From IMG/VR virus record IMGVR_UViG_2916515220_000003: a stretch of DNA of 64,000 nt; one strand, given 5' to 3'. Below the pieces are notes generated by a model. The model saw only the letters and a program-made list of their open reading frames with translations, had not been told where the DNA came from and searched no databases. The translations under genes and the position numbers were made by a program. The DNA comes from a virus (Duplodnaviria > Caudoviricetes). How positions within the stretch are numbered: the first letter of the stretch is position 1; the number at the start of each line of letters is the position of its first letter. This document shows positions 41,220 through 50,460 of the stretch, in pieces.

Positions 41220-42578
41220 TCAAAGCTCAGGCTTAAGGATCATTGTCGGCAAGATAGTATCTGCGTTGGAGGCTATATACGAGTTGCGGGCCTCCATACT
41301 CATTCCGAAGAACGGGTAATTCAAATAGGTCGCCGCGACTAGAACCGCGCAAATACTTAATGCCACCGTTGCTTTAGCGAGTGAACTTGAAAGGCGCTCC
41401 GCGACGACCGGCAAGATGAATGTATATGGCATGATGTAAAATTCTGTCTGATTGCCGTGACGGACTGCCAGCGTGAACGCTATGCCAGTAAGGAACGCCG
41501 CCGAAAAAAGGGCGATCCTCGTTTGACCTGTCGTAAAGATAACGCTTGGTTTTTTTGCTGCCGTTGCGACAAATTCGATAATAGCAGCTGCCGCGCAATA
41601 CAAACAATACGACACGACAACGGCCGAAAGTGCGAATGACCAGTAGGATATCTGAGAGAAATTGTCTTCCCGGAGGTACGGCAACCACTGAAAGAGGTTC
41701 CCGAAAAACCAAAGGGCATTCGCAGTAATCAGGGATTGGTCAAGCTTCGAAAACTCGTCATTCGATGCCGGGTTAGCGTAAAACAGGAAGTTCACAACGG
41801 CCTGTTTCAAGACGCTGAGAACTGATGCGCCCGTGAGCAGAAATACGATAAGGTCAGCGACCAGATAGAGGCCCGCCAGGGCGATAATGGTCTTGATCCT
41901 GGAATTCGTGTCGGTTTGCTGCCGAAACTCATATGTCACGATGAACGCGAGCAGAAATGGCAGAAAAATTATCGGGGGAGAGTAACAAGCTACACCGAAC
42001 ACATTGACGGCGATCGCAATTCCGTAGGTCAGGTATCGAACAGATATCCGGGTCGGAGCGGCCGCCACCAAAAGAAATGAAATGAGCAGCAGTGATTGCG
42101 AGATAATCTGGCGCTCTACGATAGTCGACATAACTAAATGCTGAGCAGTGATGGCGTAAATCGCTGCAACGAGAGCACTAATTTTTCTGTCTGCGCTTAC
42201 TGTCAGTGACAAAGAGAATATGAGTGCAATGTTTAAGGCGCCCAATATCTTCGGAAGCATGCTGGCGACAAAAACACCTTTTTGCATAGAGGTCGCGGTC
42301 AACGGGCGGGCGAAATCGCTAACCGGATAGATTGCGTCAAGCCACCACTGATACAAATTGTCTTGGAACCAGTACCGAAGGCTGTATCCGCTGGCCGGAA
42401 TACCCTGCAGGGATGAATAAATTACGGTCTGCATGATGTGGTTCGCGTCTAGATTCCATTCTGCATATGGGAACATCAACCGGATACCAAGAGCAAAGAA
42501 GAACAATATCGCAGCCGTCACAGTGCAGCTGACGCGAAAGCTATCGTTCTCCATCCCGTGTTTATTCCCAATCCGCAT
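41220..42578 (-). CDS. polytopic membrane moron, GT-C-like glycosyltransferase candidate
   Basis: About 11-12 hydrophobic helices, WNLD loop after first TM, visibly AT-richer than flanks, antisense after tail fibre. Confidence 0.6.
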   Translation of the reverse strand: MRIGNKHGMENDSFRVSCTVTAAILFFFALGIRLMFPYAEWNLDANHIMQTVIYSSLQGIPASGYSLRYWFQDNLYQWWLDAIYPVSDFARPLTATSMQKGVFVASMLPKILGALNIALIFSLSLTVSADRKISALVAAIYAITAQHLVMSTIVERQIISQSLLLISFLLVAAAPTRISVRYLTYGIAIAVNVFGVACYSPPIIFLPFLLAFIVTYEFRQQTDTNSRIKTIIALAGLYLVADLIVFLLTGASVLSVLKQAVVNFLFYANPASNDEFSKLDQSLITANALWFFGNLFQWLPYLREDNFSQISYWSFALSAVVVSYCLYCAAAAIIEFVATAAKKPSVIFTTGQTRIALFSAAFLTGIAFTLAVRHGNQTEFYIMPYTFILPVVAERLSSSLAKATVALSICAVLVAATYLNYPFFGMSMEARNSYIASNADTILPTMILKPEL

Positions 42579-42720
42579 GTCTTCCTCGAAGTCGCTGTGG
42601 TGTGCCTCATCAAATTGCTATTTCTCACGAACCCAATCGTCAATCGCTGATTGTGTTCCGCTAAAATCGCCTGCCCGGTAGCGTAGCCCGGCACCCATAA
42701 CCCACAATCAGGAGAACATC

Positions 42721-43800
42721 ATGTTGAAGGCTGATGTCGCGCGCTCGATCGAGCGAGTTGCGAGCGTGCACGGTATTGATCCGGCGGCGATGAAGGCTGT
42801 TGTCGAGGTCGAGAGCAACGGCGTTGTCTTTGCGGATATCGACGGCAAGGAAATGCCGGTGATCCGTTTCGAAGGCCATTACTTCGACCGGCTGGTGACG
42901 GCGTCTCGTCGTGAGGAGGCGCGGCGGCTTGGTCTAGCTTCACCGAACGTCGGTGGAGTGAAGAACCCAGCATCGCAGAAAGCCCGCTGGCAGCTTCTTG
43001 GACGGGCGATGACGATCGACAAGCAGGCCGCACTTGAAAGCACGTCCTTCGGCGTCGGGCAGGTCATGGGGAGCCACTGGAAGGCACTCGGCTATCCAAC
43101 AGTCATTGATCTGTTCGAAGCGGCACGAAGCGGCGTAGAGGGCCAGGTCGATTTGATGGTTCGGTTCATCAAGACGAACAATCTCCTTGGCGCGCTGAGC
43201 CGGAAGGATTGGGCGGGGTTTGCTCGAGGCTATAACGGACCTGCCTACAAGAAGAACGCCTACGACACGAAGATGGCCGCCGCCTATGAGCGATACGCGA
43301 GAAAAGAACCGGCCGCATCTGGTGCGACTGGGATGCTTCGTCTCGGCTCCAAGGGTGCTGGCGTCCGCGAAATTCAGGTGCTTCTCACGCGTGCCGGCCA
43401 TTCCGTTCCGGCGGATGGGGACTTCGGTCCTGCCACGGATCGGGCACTTCGCAGCTTTCAGGACGAAAACTCTCTGACGATCGACGGCGTTGCCGGTCCG
43501 CAGACCATGCGCAAGCTGAAAGAGTTTCAGGTGTCCGCAGATGAGAAGCCGGGAAACCTAGGGATCGCGCAGGTGCCGGAAGTGAAGAACGCAGCGCGCA
43601 ACTTCGGCCCGTTGGCTTTGGTCACCGCCGCGCGCGACCAGATTGCCGAAATCGCAACCTATGTCACCGGCATCAACTCGGATCTGGCGAACACCATTGC
43701 AAACGGGATGCTGGCCGTTTCGGGCGCCATTGGTCTCGGTCTCACGATCTGGGGCGTCTACGGCTGGTGGAAGAGCAAGCAGACGGTGGAACAGGCATGA
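42721..43800 (+). CDS. endolysin: DUF3380 muramidase + PG-binding domain + C-terminal hydrophobic helix
   Basis: VESNG..IRFEGHYF, STSFGVGQVMG, FARGYNGPAY; DGDFGPAT..FQ..DGVAGPQT. Confidence 0.9.
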   Translation: MLKADVARSIERVASVHGIDPAAMKAVVEVESNGVVFADIDGKEMPVIRFEGHYFDRLVTASRREEARRLGLASPNVGGVKNPASQKARWQLLGRAMTIDKQAALESTSFGVGQVMGSHWKALGYPTVIDLFEAARSGVEGQVDLMVRFIKTNNLLGALSRKDWAGFARGYNGPAYKKNAYDTKMAAAYERYARKEPAASGATGMLRLGSKGAGVREIQVLLTRAGHSVPADGDFGPATDRALRSFQDENSLTIDGVAGPQTMRKLKEFQVSADEKPGNLGIAQVPEVKNAARNFGPLALVTAARDQIAEIATYVTGINSDLANTIANGMLAVSGAIGLGLTIWGVYGWWKSKQTVEQA

Positions 43801-44123
43801 TGTGGGCACTCATCCCCAACTGGCTGAAAATCGCTGCTGGTGGCCTTCTCTGCGCCGTTCTGCTGGCTTCCGGCTCCTACTGGCTCGGCAAACGAGAAGG
43901 CCGCTCACAGGCCGCCACAGAGGCTTTAGCCAAGACCGTCGAAGTTCTCCAATCAAGGAACGAAACCAATGTGGAAATCACTTCTTCCGCTGCTGCTGAG
44001 TTGTGCGCTCATTTCGGGCTGCCAGACGACCAACGTGTCGAATGCGTGCGCAGGCTGGAGCAAGCTGACTCCGACGCTCGAAACCGCGCTCAAGATCACG
44101 ATGGACGACCGGCAGTTCGCTAA
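43797..44123 (+). CDS. i-spanin (Rz-like)
   Basis: N-terminal TM helix, follows endolysin. Confidence 0.7.
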   Translation: MMWALIPNWLKIAAGGLLCAVLLASGSYWLGKREGRSQAATEALAKTVEVLQSRNETNVEITSSAAAELCAHFGLPDDQRVECVRRLEQADSDARNRAQDHDGRPAVR

Positions 44124-44172
44124 CCAGGTCGCGTCACACAACGCCCATGGCGTGAAACAGAAATGCTGGTGA
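43969..44172 (+). CDS. o-spanin lipoprotein (Rz1-like)
   Basis: Lipobox LISGC, overlaps i-spanin in another frame, ..HN..G.KQKCW end. Confidence 0.75.
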   Translation: MWKSLLPLLLSCALISGCQTTNVSNACAGWSKLTPTLETALKITMDDRQFANQVASHNAHGVKQKCW

Positions 44173-44182
44173 GGATTGCACA

Positions 44183-44914
44183 ATGATCGGTCTTGGACTT
44201 GGCCTGTCTCTTGGGCTAGCGGGGTGTGGTGTTGGCAGGGCTGAGCGGTTTACTGTCCCCATCACCAATTCCGGCGTTGCGATCATTTCCCCAGGTCGTC
44301 TTCTGTCGGTCAAGGTCACGTCAGGTTCTCCGCCGCTGGTCTCCATTTACGACAGTCCTTTCGTTGGGGCTGGCATCATGCCGTATCAGGGCGCACTCGC
44401 AACCGGCGAGAAAGCTTCCGTCGATCTCCCCATCATCAACGGCGTCTATGTCGATATGACATCGGCTCTCGGCCCGGAACTCGTCACCAACGGAAATTTC
44501 AACACCGATGTGTCAGGCTGGGCGGCTCAGTTGACCGGCGCCACCATTACATGGCGAGACGGCAAGATGGAGTTGTTCGGCGGATCGGGCGGCGGACGTG
44601 CAACGCAAACCGTCTCCGGCCTTGAGATTGGCGAAACCTATGTGTTCCGCGCCACCATGCTGGAGCCAAACGCCAGTTCAATATCCTGCCGCCTGACGAC
44701 AGATCCCGCCGGATCGTCCACAGGACAGATTTATGCATCGGCTGGCGTGCCAGCAGGAGGTCTTTTGCCTATCGCAACCTCATTCGTCGCCGCCACCACA
44801 AGCATTACCATTGCCGGATCCGCATCTGCCAGCGTCACGGGCTGCTTCGACAAGATCAGCCTTCGGAAGCAGACGCAATCAGCCGGGACAGTCGAACTGG
44901 AGTTCGCAGCATGA
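44183..44914 (+). CDS. carbohydrate-binding-like protein
   Basis: MIGLGLGLSL start; GPELVTNGNFNTDVSGW..FDKISLRK CBM-like jelly-roll pattern. Confidence 0.6.
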   Translation: MIGLGLGLSLGLAGCGVGRAERFTVPITNSGVAIISPGRLLSVKVTSGSPPLVSIYDSPFVGAGIMPYQGALATGEKASVDLPIINGVYVDMTSALGPELVTNGNFNTDVSGWAAQLTGATITWRDGKMELFGGSGGGRATQTVSGLEIGETYVFRATMLEPNASSISCRLTTDPAGSSTGQIYASAGVPAGGLLPIATSFVAATTSITIAGSASASVTGCFDKISLRKQTQSAGTVELEFAA

Positions 44915-46563
44915 GCATCAAGACAGGAACTTCTGTTGGCAACGGTTCGCGGCGCAGCGTCTCGATCGGGTGGAAGCCGGAACTCGTCATTTCCATTCCC
45001 GATGCGCCGAAGATTGTTGCACTCAAGCTGCATGATCTGTGGGCGGGGCGGTCCAACGTGCTGGGAGCGTCCAACAGCTACGCAGATGGGGCCAGTATCA
45101 CCAAGGATGGCTATACCGTCTCGCAGTCGCCCAAATGGAACGACGAGGGCATCACCTATCATCATCTCGCCATATCGCGCTCTGCTGCTCTCAAGATGGC
45201 GCTTGCCGGTTCTCAGGGCAACGCCATCGCCAGCCGGCTGATCAAGTTCGATGACAGCAGCATCAACCTCGCCGCCGTAATTGCCAAGCGCGATAGCACG
45301 CGTGACGGGGTTCTTCAGGTCGGATCGTCCACCACGGCGCTACTTGGCGGAACGGCGCTGACGGAACCAGGAGCAATCACCAATCTGACGACAGGCCAGT
45401 GCACCGTTTCCACATCACCATATGTCAACGAATATGACGCGGCGCAGGAGTTGGGCGAAGGCATCGACTTCATCGGGTTCGAGAGCGGAGCAAACTTCGC
45501 GACGGCGACATTTACCGGTTCTGGCGCAAATCGTGCCGTCAGTCTTGGTTTCCAGCCAAAGGCTGTCATCGTCGCCAAACTGAGCGGCACGCTTCAGGCT
45601 GCATGGATCAAGACGGACACCATGTCGGCCAGCGGTGCAAAACAGATGTCCGCAGCGGCCGGTATTGTGGCGTCCGGCATTTCCTTCGACGCTGATGGCC
45701 TCCAGCTTACCGCAGGTTCCGCGCTGAACGTCAACACGGCAAACTATGTCGTTATCGCCTTCCGTGACCACGCAGAAACGCCAACCGCGGCACCAGCCGT
45801 CAAGAAGTCCGGCAAGAAGGCTGTGCTGCTCTCCGCTCGGGGCACAACGTCATGGATCAACTGCGGCACGGATAACAGCCTGGTTATCGACGGCGCCATG
45901 TCGATGGAGTGGATGGGCGGTATTGAGCCGACCACCCGCGCCAACGCCAGCGTCATGATGTGGCGCGGTGCCAGCACGGCTGTCTCGGCGCTTCAACAGT
46001 CCCTATTCATGGGTGCTATCGGTTGGGTAGGTCTTGCCGGCAACTGGAGCGGCCCGATCATGGCGGTTGGTTGTTCTGACCGCATGGACTTCGCCACGTC
46101 GTCCACGAACATCCTCAATCCGTTCCGAACCGGCCTGATCCCGGATTACGGTTCTATCATCCACTGGCTGGCCACACACGACGGATCGGGTGGCTGGATG
46201 CTCTACCGCAACGGTCAACTGGTTCGCCAGCGTGCGCTCGATATGGTCGCTATCAACGGGCAACCGAACATCGACGGGCAAACGGGTCACCGCATGATCC
46301 TTGGCGCGGCCTACAACGGGGGTGCACCGGTTCAAATGTCTCGTCAGCGTGTTTCTCTCGCTCGGCTGTATAATCGCGCCCTGACGCCTTCCGAGGTTGC
46401 CATCCGCTTTGCTCGGGCCAGCCTTGGCAGTTCTGAGGCAGACGTGACGAGCGGTCTTGTCGAAGAGTGGGACGCTGCAAATGCTACCGGCTCCACGCTG
46501 GCCGCAACCGTCTCCAGCGCGAACAACGGCGCCATCGTCGGCGGCTCAATCATCACGCTCTGA
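44911..46563 (+). CDS. LamG/concanavalin-A-like domain protein (putative virion fibre/adhesin)
   Basis: FTGSGANRAVSLGFQPKAVIV repeats; HWLATHDG..LYRNGQLV, RLYNRALTPSEV. Confidence 0.7.
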   Translation: MSIKTGTSVGNGSRRSVSIGWKPELVISIPDAPKIVALKLHDLWAGRSNVLGASNSYADGASITKDGYTVSQSPKWNDEGITYHHLAISRSAALKMALAGSQGNAIASRLIKFDDSSINLAAVIAKRDSTRDGVLQVGSSTTALLGGTALTEPGAITNLTTGQCTVSTSPYVNEYDAAQELGEGIDFIGFESGANFATATFTGSGANRAVSLGFQPKAVIVAKLSGTLQAAWIKTDTMSASGAKQMSAAAGIVASGISFDADGLQLTAGSALNVNTANYVVIAFRDHAETPTAAPAVKKSGKKAVLLSARGTTSWINCGTDNSLVIDGAMSMEWMGGIEPTTRANASVMMWRGASTAVSALQQSLFMGAIGWVGLAGNWSGPIMAVGCSDRMDFATSSTNILNPFRTGLIPDYGSIIHWLATHDGSGGWMLYRNGQLVRQRALDMVAINGQPNIDGQTGHRMILGAAYNGGAPVQMSRQRVSLARLYNRALTPSEVAIRFARASLGSSEADVTSGLVEEWDAANATGSTLAATVSSANNGAIVGGSIITL

Positions 46564-46569
46564 AACTAT

Positions 46570-46600
46570 CCCCCGACCTATGGCCGGGGGCTTTTCTTTA
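46570..46600 (+). terminator. rho-independent terminator
   Basis: CCCCCGACC-tat-GGCCGGGGG followed by CTTTTCTTT. Confidence 0.7.
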
Positions 46601-46621
46601 CTCGCATCGCAAGGGCAGACA

Positions 46622-46915
46622 ATGACACCTACGACAGAAGACAGCGATCTGCGCACCCGCGTTGTGAGCGTAGAGCATGGGCTTACTGCTATGCAGGCGC
46701 GTGTTGATGCTATTGAGAAATGGCAGCGACAGGTGGAGATTGCCGACGCTCGAGCCGATGAGAGATGGAAGCACGTGGATAACCGGTTCAACGAACTTGA
46801 TAAGAAGATCGAGAAAATCAGCGGCATTCTCTCAAAGCTGATGTGGCTGGTCATCTCAGGGATAGGGGCCGCCTTTATTGCGTTCGTCATCAGCGGAGGG
46901 ATGAAGGTTCCTTGA
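46622..46915 (+). CDS. holin-like / XhlA-like membrane protein
   Basis: Coiled coil plus single C-terminal TM (LMWLVISGIGAAFIAFVISGG). Confidence 0.55.
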   Translation: MTPTTEDSDLRTRVVSVEHGLTAMQARVDAIEKWQRQVEIADARADERWKHVDNRFNELDKKIEKISGILSKLMWLVISGIGAAFIAFVISGGMKVP

Positions 46916-47072
46916 ACATATCCCTCTGCGGATAATGCTCCCAGCAGTGCCAGGATGACTTATCGGCCTTAGAGCGGCTGAAGCCAAAACTTCCCCACTT
47001 TGAGCAGTTTGGATGCTCGCACCAGTGGTTCTCATGGATGCCGTCGCCGGCTTTGTTGTTCTGGTCGCTCAT
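46890..47072 (-). CDS. small Cys/His protein of SOS-boxed operon
   Basis: HWCEHPNCSKWGSFGF..WHCWEH; ATGA-coupled. Confidence 0.65.
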   Translation of the reverse strand: MSDQNNKAGDGIHENHWCEHPNCSKWGSFGFSRSKADKSSWHCWEHYPQRDMFKEPSSLR

Positions 47073-47368
47073 GGATGGATCTCCAATTCCCGGAGTTTCC
47101 ATCCTCCGGGCGGTGGTGAAGCCTGCAGCTTGGTGGCGCGCTGGGTGAGCTTTGCAGAGGCAATTACCTTGGCCTCCCGTTTTGATGTCGCTTGAACGTT
47201 GATGATCCAACGCCCGGACTGGAACCGATATGTCTTCGGCTTGGCGCTTTCGACAAACTGGCAACCGGCGACGAAGGCAAGGCGCATTCTGGCTTTGTCC
47301 TGATCGGTTGCTCCCCTCACAGTCCCCCACCATTTTTCAAAATTTTCATCGATCTCACTCTTGAGCAT
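47069..47368 (-). CDS. SOS-boxed hypothetical protein
   Basis: 99-aa ORF whose ATG abuts a LexA box. Confidence 0.7.
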   Translation of the reverse strand: MLKSEIDENFEKWWGTVRGATDQDKARMRLAFVAGCQFVESAKPKTYRFQSGRWIINVQATSKREAKVIASAKLTQRATKLQASPPPGGWKLRELEIHP

Positions 47369-47403
47369 GTTCTTAATATGTTCACGCCATGTGCGGAGTC
47401 AAT
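47369..47403 (-). promoter_or_regulatory. promoter with alphaproteobacterial LexA box
   Basis: GTTC-ttaatat-GTTC at 47369-47383; minus strand TTGACT-16-CATATT-6-ATG. Confidence 0.8.
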
Positions 47404-47568
47404 GCGTTGATTCTGGCGATAAGATTGTGCTGCCCAAGGCCAGGAGAGGCGAACGTCTGCAGAACGTCTATTCAGAATAAAAAAAGGACGATATTCAGAA
47501 TGAGCCTCTTGCGCATTGATTAGGTTTATTCTAAATCCCCGCCACGACAGCGAAAACGCTGTCAGTGA

Positions 47569-47642
47569 GGCCTCGTGGCGGAGTGGTGACGCAGAGGACT
47601 GCAAATCCTTGTACCCCGGTTCAATTCCGGGCGAGGCCTCCA
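47569..47642 (+). tRNA. tRNA-Cys(GCA), host, probable integration site
   Basis: GGCCTCG acceptor, GAGGA-CTGCAAA-TCCTT, GGTTCAATTCC, TCCA end. Confidence 0.97.
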
Positions 47643-47702
47643 AAAATTTCACCATAAAAATCAATTGCTTGCACTCAAAACGCTCCGTTGCAGTCGGGCT
47701 TT

Positions 47703-47799
47703 CATGTCGCAGCTTGTTGCGCGCTGCATCCCTTAGTTTCCGGGCATTTCATTCAGGTTACGGCGAATCCGTGCGACATGGATTGCAACATGCAACACG
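47703..47799. repeat. putative integrase arm-type sites
   Basis: TGCGACATG 47772, TGCAACATG 47784, TGCAACACG 47791 and inverted CATGTCGCA 47703. Confidence 0.55.
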
Positions 47800-47834
47800 C
47801 TCTGGCAGGTTCGGAAAAACTCTGGGGGCATTAA

Positions 47835-48149
47835 ATGAAATCACTCTGGCTGCCGGCCGCTTTAATTTTGGTGCTGCTAGTTGGCTTGTTCGTCGTCGGC
47901 GGTGTTCGCATCGTGGTAACGGCACCGAACTATTCCGCGCAGCTTGCTCCGGCCACGCTGATCGTTGCCAATGCCGGAAACCTTAACCTAATCGATAGCC
48001 CGCAAGCGTTCTGTGCTCGTACCGGAAAGCCCGGGAACGACTTCTGCGCCGCTGGTGCTTTGGCTGGCATCATGCAGAACGGAAAGATGCTGATGCGCCT
48101 CCCTTACAGCGAATTGCTTTTTCAAATGTCCGGAGCGCCGGCTAGTTAA
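47835..48149 (+). CDS. membrane-anchored accessory protein
   Basis: N-terminal TM; IDSPQAFC..C motif. Confidence 0.65.
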   Translation: MKSLWLPAALILVLLVGLFVVGGVRIVVTAPNYSAQLAPATLIVANAGNLNLIDSPQAFCARTGKPGNDFCAAGALAGIMQNGKMLMRLPYSELLFQMSGAPAS

Positions 48150-48159
48150 GGAGAAGAAT

Positions 48160-48396
48160 GTGACAGCAAGAATGGATAAGATATTGGCCGCCAAACGTCA
48201 TATCGAGGGACGCCTGGGAGACATAATCGAAAAGAACTTCGATGAATCCGGCGGCGCGCTGGAAGCCGCGGGAACGTTTACCGCGCTACTTGAGGCTTAT
48301 AGGGCCGTAGAGATAGCCGAGATTGGTGAGAAGCAGGCTGAACGCGATGAGAACATGGCCAGCTACACTAGGAACATAATGGGCATCGATAAGTAG
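48160..48396 (+). CDS. accessory hypothetical protein
   Basis: AAGGAG RBS, 78 aa. Confidence 0.6.
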   Translation: MTARMDKILAAKRHIEGRLGDIIEKNFDESGGALEAAGTFTALLEAYRAVEIAEIGEKQAERDENMASYTRNIMGIDK

Positions 48397-48416
48397 ATCG
48401 ACGTGGCTGGGCGGCA

Positions 48417-49442
48417 CTAAGCCGCCCTCATAAACCATCCGTCGAATACCTCGGCGGTCAGCATGTGCATGGGCACGAAGGGGATAACCGCCGGTGTCTG
48501 CCGACGCTTGCGCTTGTCCATCACGAGAATGCATTTGCGAGAGCAATACTTCGCCCTAGCCATCTTCGCTAGGAAGGGGTCACCACAGCAGCCGCAAATC
48601 CTTTCGAATTTCGGAACCCGCAAACTGGCATAGGTGCATTCTTTGCTGCAGAAATTTCCCCTCCCGCCCCACTCGTTTTTAGGCCGGAACACATCCCCGC
48701 AATGGCTGCACGTCCTCTCTTGGATGGTCTTCATGCTCTCGCCCATACAGGCTTTTGAACAGAAGTACTGAGAGGGGCGCTTCGGAAAGAATGGCTCCTG
48801 GCAGACCGCGCACGGCTTAGCGTGGTACTTTCGGTTCGCCTTGTCGCGGCAAATGGTCGTGCAGTATTTCTGGGACACCCTTGAGAACGCGAACGGCTTG
48901 AAGGATATCCCGCACTCCTCGCAAGTTCTCTCTGGCGATGCCTCACGCCTGACGGCCCGATACGCCGTTTCGATGATCGATCGGTCTCGGCAATCTGAAG
49001 CCCTTATCCGGTAAGTGAGCGCAGCCTTCGCGCACACTCCTGAGCAATACTGCCCGTTGCGTTGGCCAAGCTGCTCTTCCTCTGGAAGCGGAACGGCGCA
49101 CCAGCGGCAATAAACGCTGGCCGCATAATAGTCTCGCTGCCCTTGCTCCCATGAGGGGCGAGCGGCGCCAACGGCTTTAATCGCCTCTCCGACCAGCAGC
49201 GCCGCCTCGTGGTCAGAAACCTCCCAGCGGTGCCCTTGAAGGCACAATGCCGAACGTATTCCCGCGCGCGTCGATCCCTCGTTTTCGAAGGGTGAATGAC
49301 GCCAGTCAGACATGATGTCGATCACGTCGTGTATAACATGCCGCCTTTCGTCCTGCTTAAATACCCTTGGGAGTGTAACTGGCTTGGGTTTTCCATGCCG
49401 ATACTCGGTGTACGCTCTGTACATGCTCTTGGTGACCGTCAT
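48417..49442 (-). CDS. multi-zinc-finger protein
   Basis: Five CxxC..F..(Y/F)C(S/T)xxC repeats; no HNH motif seen. Confidence 0.75.
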   Translation of the reverse strand: MTVTKSMYRAYTEYRHGKPKPVTLPRVFKQDERRHVIHDVIDIMSDWRHSPFENEGSTRAGIRSALCLQGHRWEVSDHEAALLVGEAIKAVGAARPSWEQGQRDYYAASVYCRWCAVPLPEEEQLGQRNGQYCSGVCAKAALTYRIRASDCRDRSIIETAYRAVRREASPERTCEECGISFKPFAFSRVSQKYCTTICRDKANRKYHAKPCAVCQEPFFPKRPSQYFCSKACMGESMKTIQERTCSHCGDVFRPKNEWGGRGNFCSKECTYASLRVPKFERICGCCGDPFLAKMARAKYCSRKCILVMDKRKRRQTPAVIPFVPMHMLTAEVFDGWFMRAA

Positions 49443-49810
49443 TTTGCGCCCCCGAATTGAGCATCAAAGAGACCGGCCGTCAGCGGAGCTTTTGATACCG
49501 GCGGGAGAACCTTCACGCCTTCCGGTGCCTGCGGCTGCTTCTTGTAGACCGTTTCGAGATAGGCCTGGTCCATGGCGACGAGGATGGCCACATGGCGCGG
49601 CTCGATCGGCAATGAGTAGATACGACTGTAGGCCGCAATTTCCGCATAAGTGATCGGCTGCGGGCCGTTCATGCCAGCCTGCCGGGTCTTGTGCAGGGCC
49701 ATGAACCATTTCCACAGCAGTTCACCGCCGGCAGGTATTGCCACCATGGCAACACCCTTGCCCTCGAGTTGGCGCTTCAGTTCGGCGCAGAGGAGTTTTT
49801 GTAGGTTCAC
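49439..49810 (-). CDS. gpT-like tail chaperone half, stand-alone
   Basis: LLWKWFMALHKTRQAGMNGPQPITYAEIAAY..VAMDQAYL. Confidence 0.7.
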   Translation of the reverse strand: MNLQKLLCAELKRQLEGKGVAMVAIPAGGELLWKWFMALHKTRQAGMNGPQPITYAEIAAYSRIYSLPIEPRHVAILVAMDQAYLETVYKKQPQAPEGVKVLPPVSKAPLTAGLFDAQFGGAK

Positions 49811-50460
49811 GAGAAGAAAATCTCCGTTGCGGAAAAGCTCCCCTCACGACTGCCCCACGACTTCGGCGCAGTCACGCTGCCGGGATCGATCATCATCAGG
49901 CAGGCTGGCTTTTCGAGATGACCCGTGCATGTCGATGGGAAGTTCTGGGTGTCGAGCGGATACATGATCTCGACCGTGGCAAAGCCGTTGGCATCCGACA
50001 CGGCAGGCTCGATAACTCTGTGCAGGGAGCGCTTCAAAACGCTGGCTCTGACCTCGACATAATCGCCGGGGGTGAAGATGAAACCGGCCGGCAGACCACC
50101 GAGATACAGAGTGTTTGCGCTCACGGCCTGAAAGAACACGTCACCGTTGAAAGCACCGCCCGATGCCTTTGTGCCAGACAACGGTGCCCCGGTGTCCATT
50201 GCGATTGGCCGCGGACGGAATACATCGTAACCAAGGAAGGGCTTGCCCCTGACATCCGCCTTCATCGTGAAAGCATCGAATATCCCGAACAGATGCGTTT
50301 CAAGCCAATGCGTGGCGAGCTTCAGCGTCCAGTACGGCGTACCGAAGGACTGCGATTCCGTCCGCCGTCCTTCCATGCGCGACGAGCTGGCGGGGCTGAT
50401 CGGGTCGAAACTGCACGATGCCCACGGCAGCACCTCGGGTATGATCTCGTAATCGGCCAT
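49807..50460 (-). CDS. Dit-like distal tail protein
   Basis: PYWTLK, FLGYD..RPRP, GLPAGFIFTPGDYV, LEKPACLM; follows tape measure. Confidence 0.6.
   Translation of the reverse strand: MADYEIIPEVLPWASCSFDPISPASSSRMEGRRTESQSFGTPYWTLKLATHWLETHLFGIFDAFTMKADVRGKPFLGYDVFRPRPIAMDTGAPLSGTKASGGAFNGDVFFQAVSANTLYLGGLPAGFIFTPGDYVEVRASVLKRSLHRVIEPAVSDANGFATVEIMYPLDTQNFPSTCTGHLEKPACLMMIDPGSVTAPKSWGSREGSFSATEIFFS

Noticed and set aside
47317-47986. ORFs 47317-47664 and 47516-47986
   Set aside because: They overlap tRNA-Cys and att-like sequence; spurious translations
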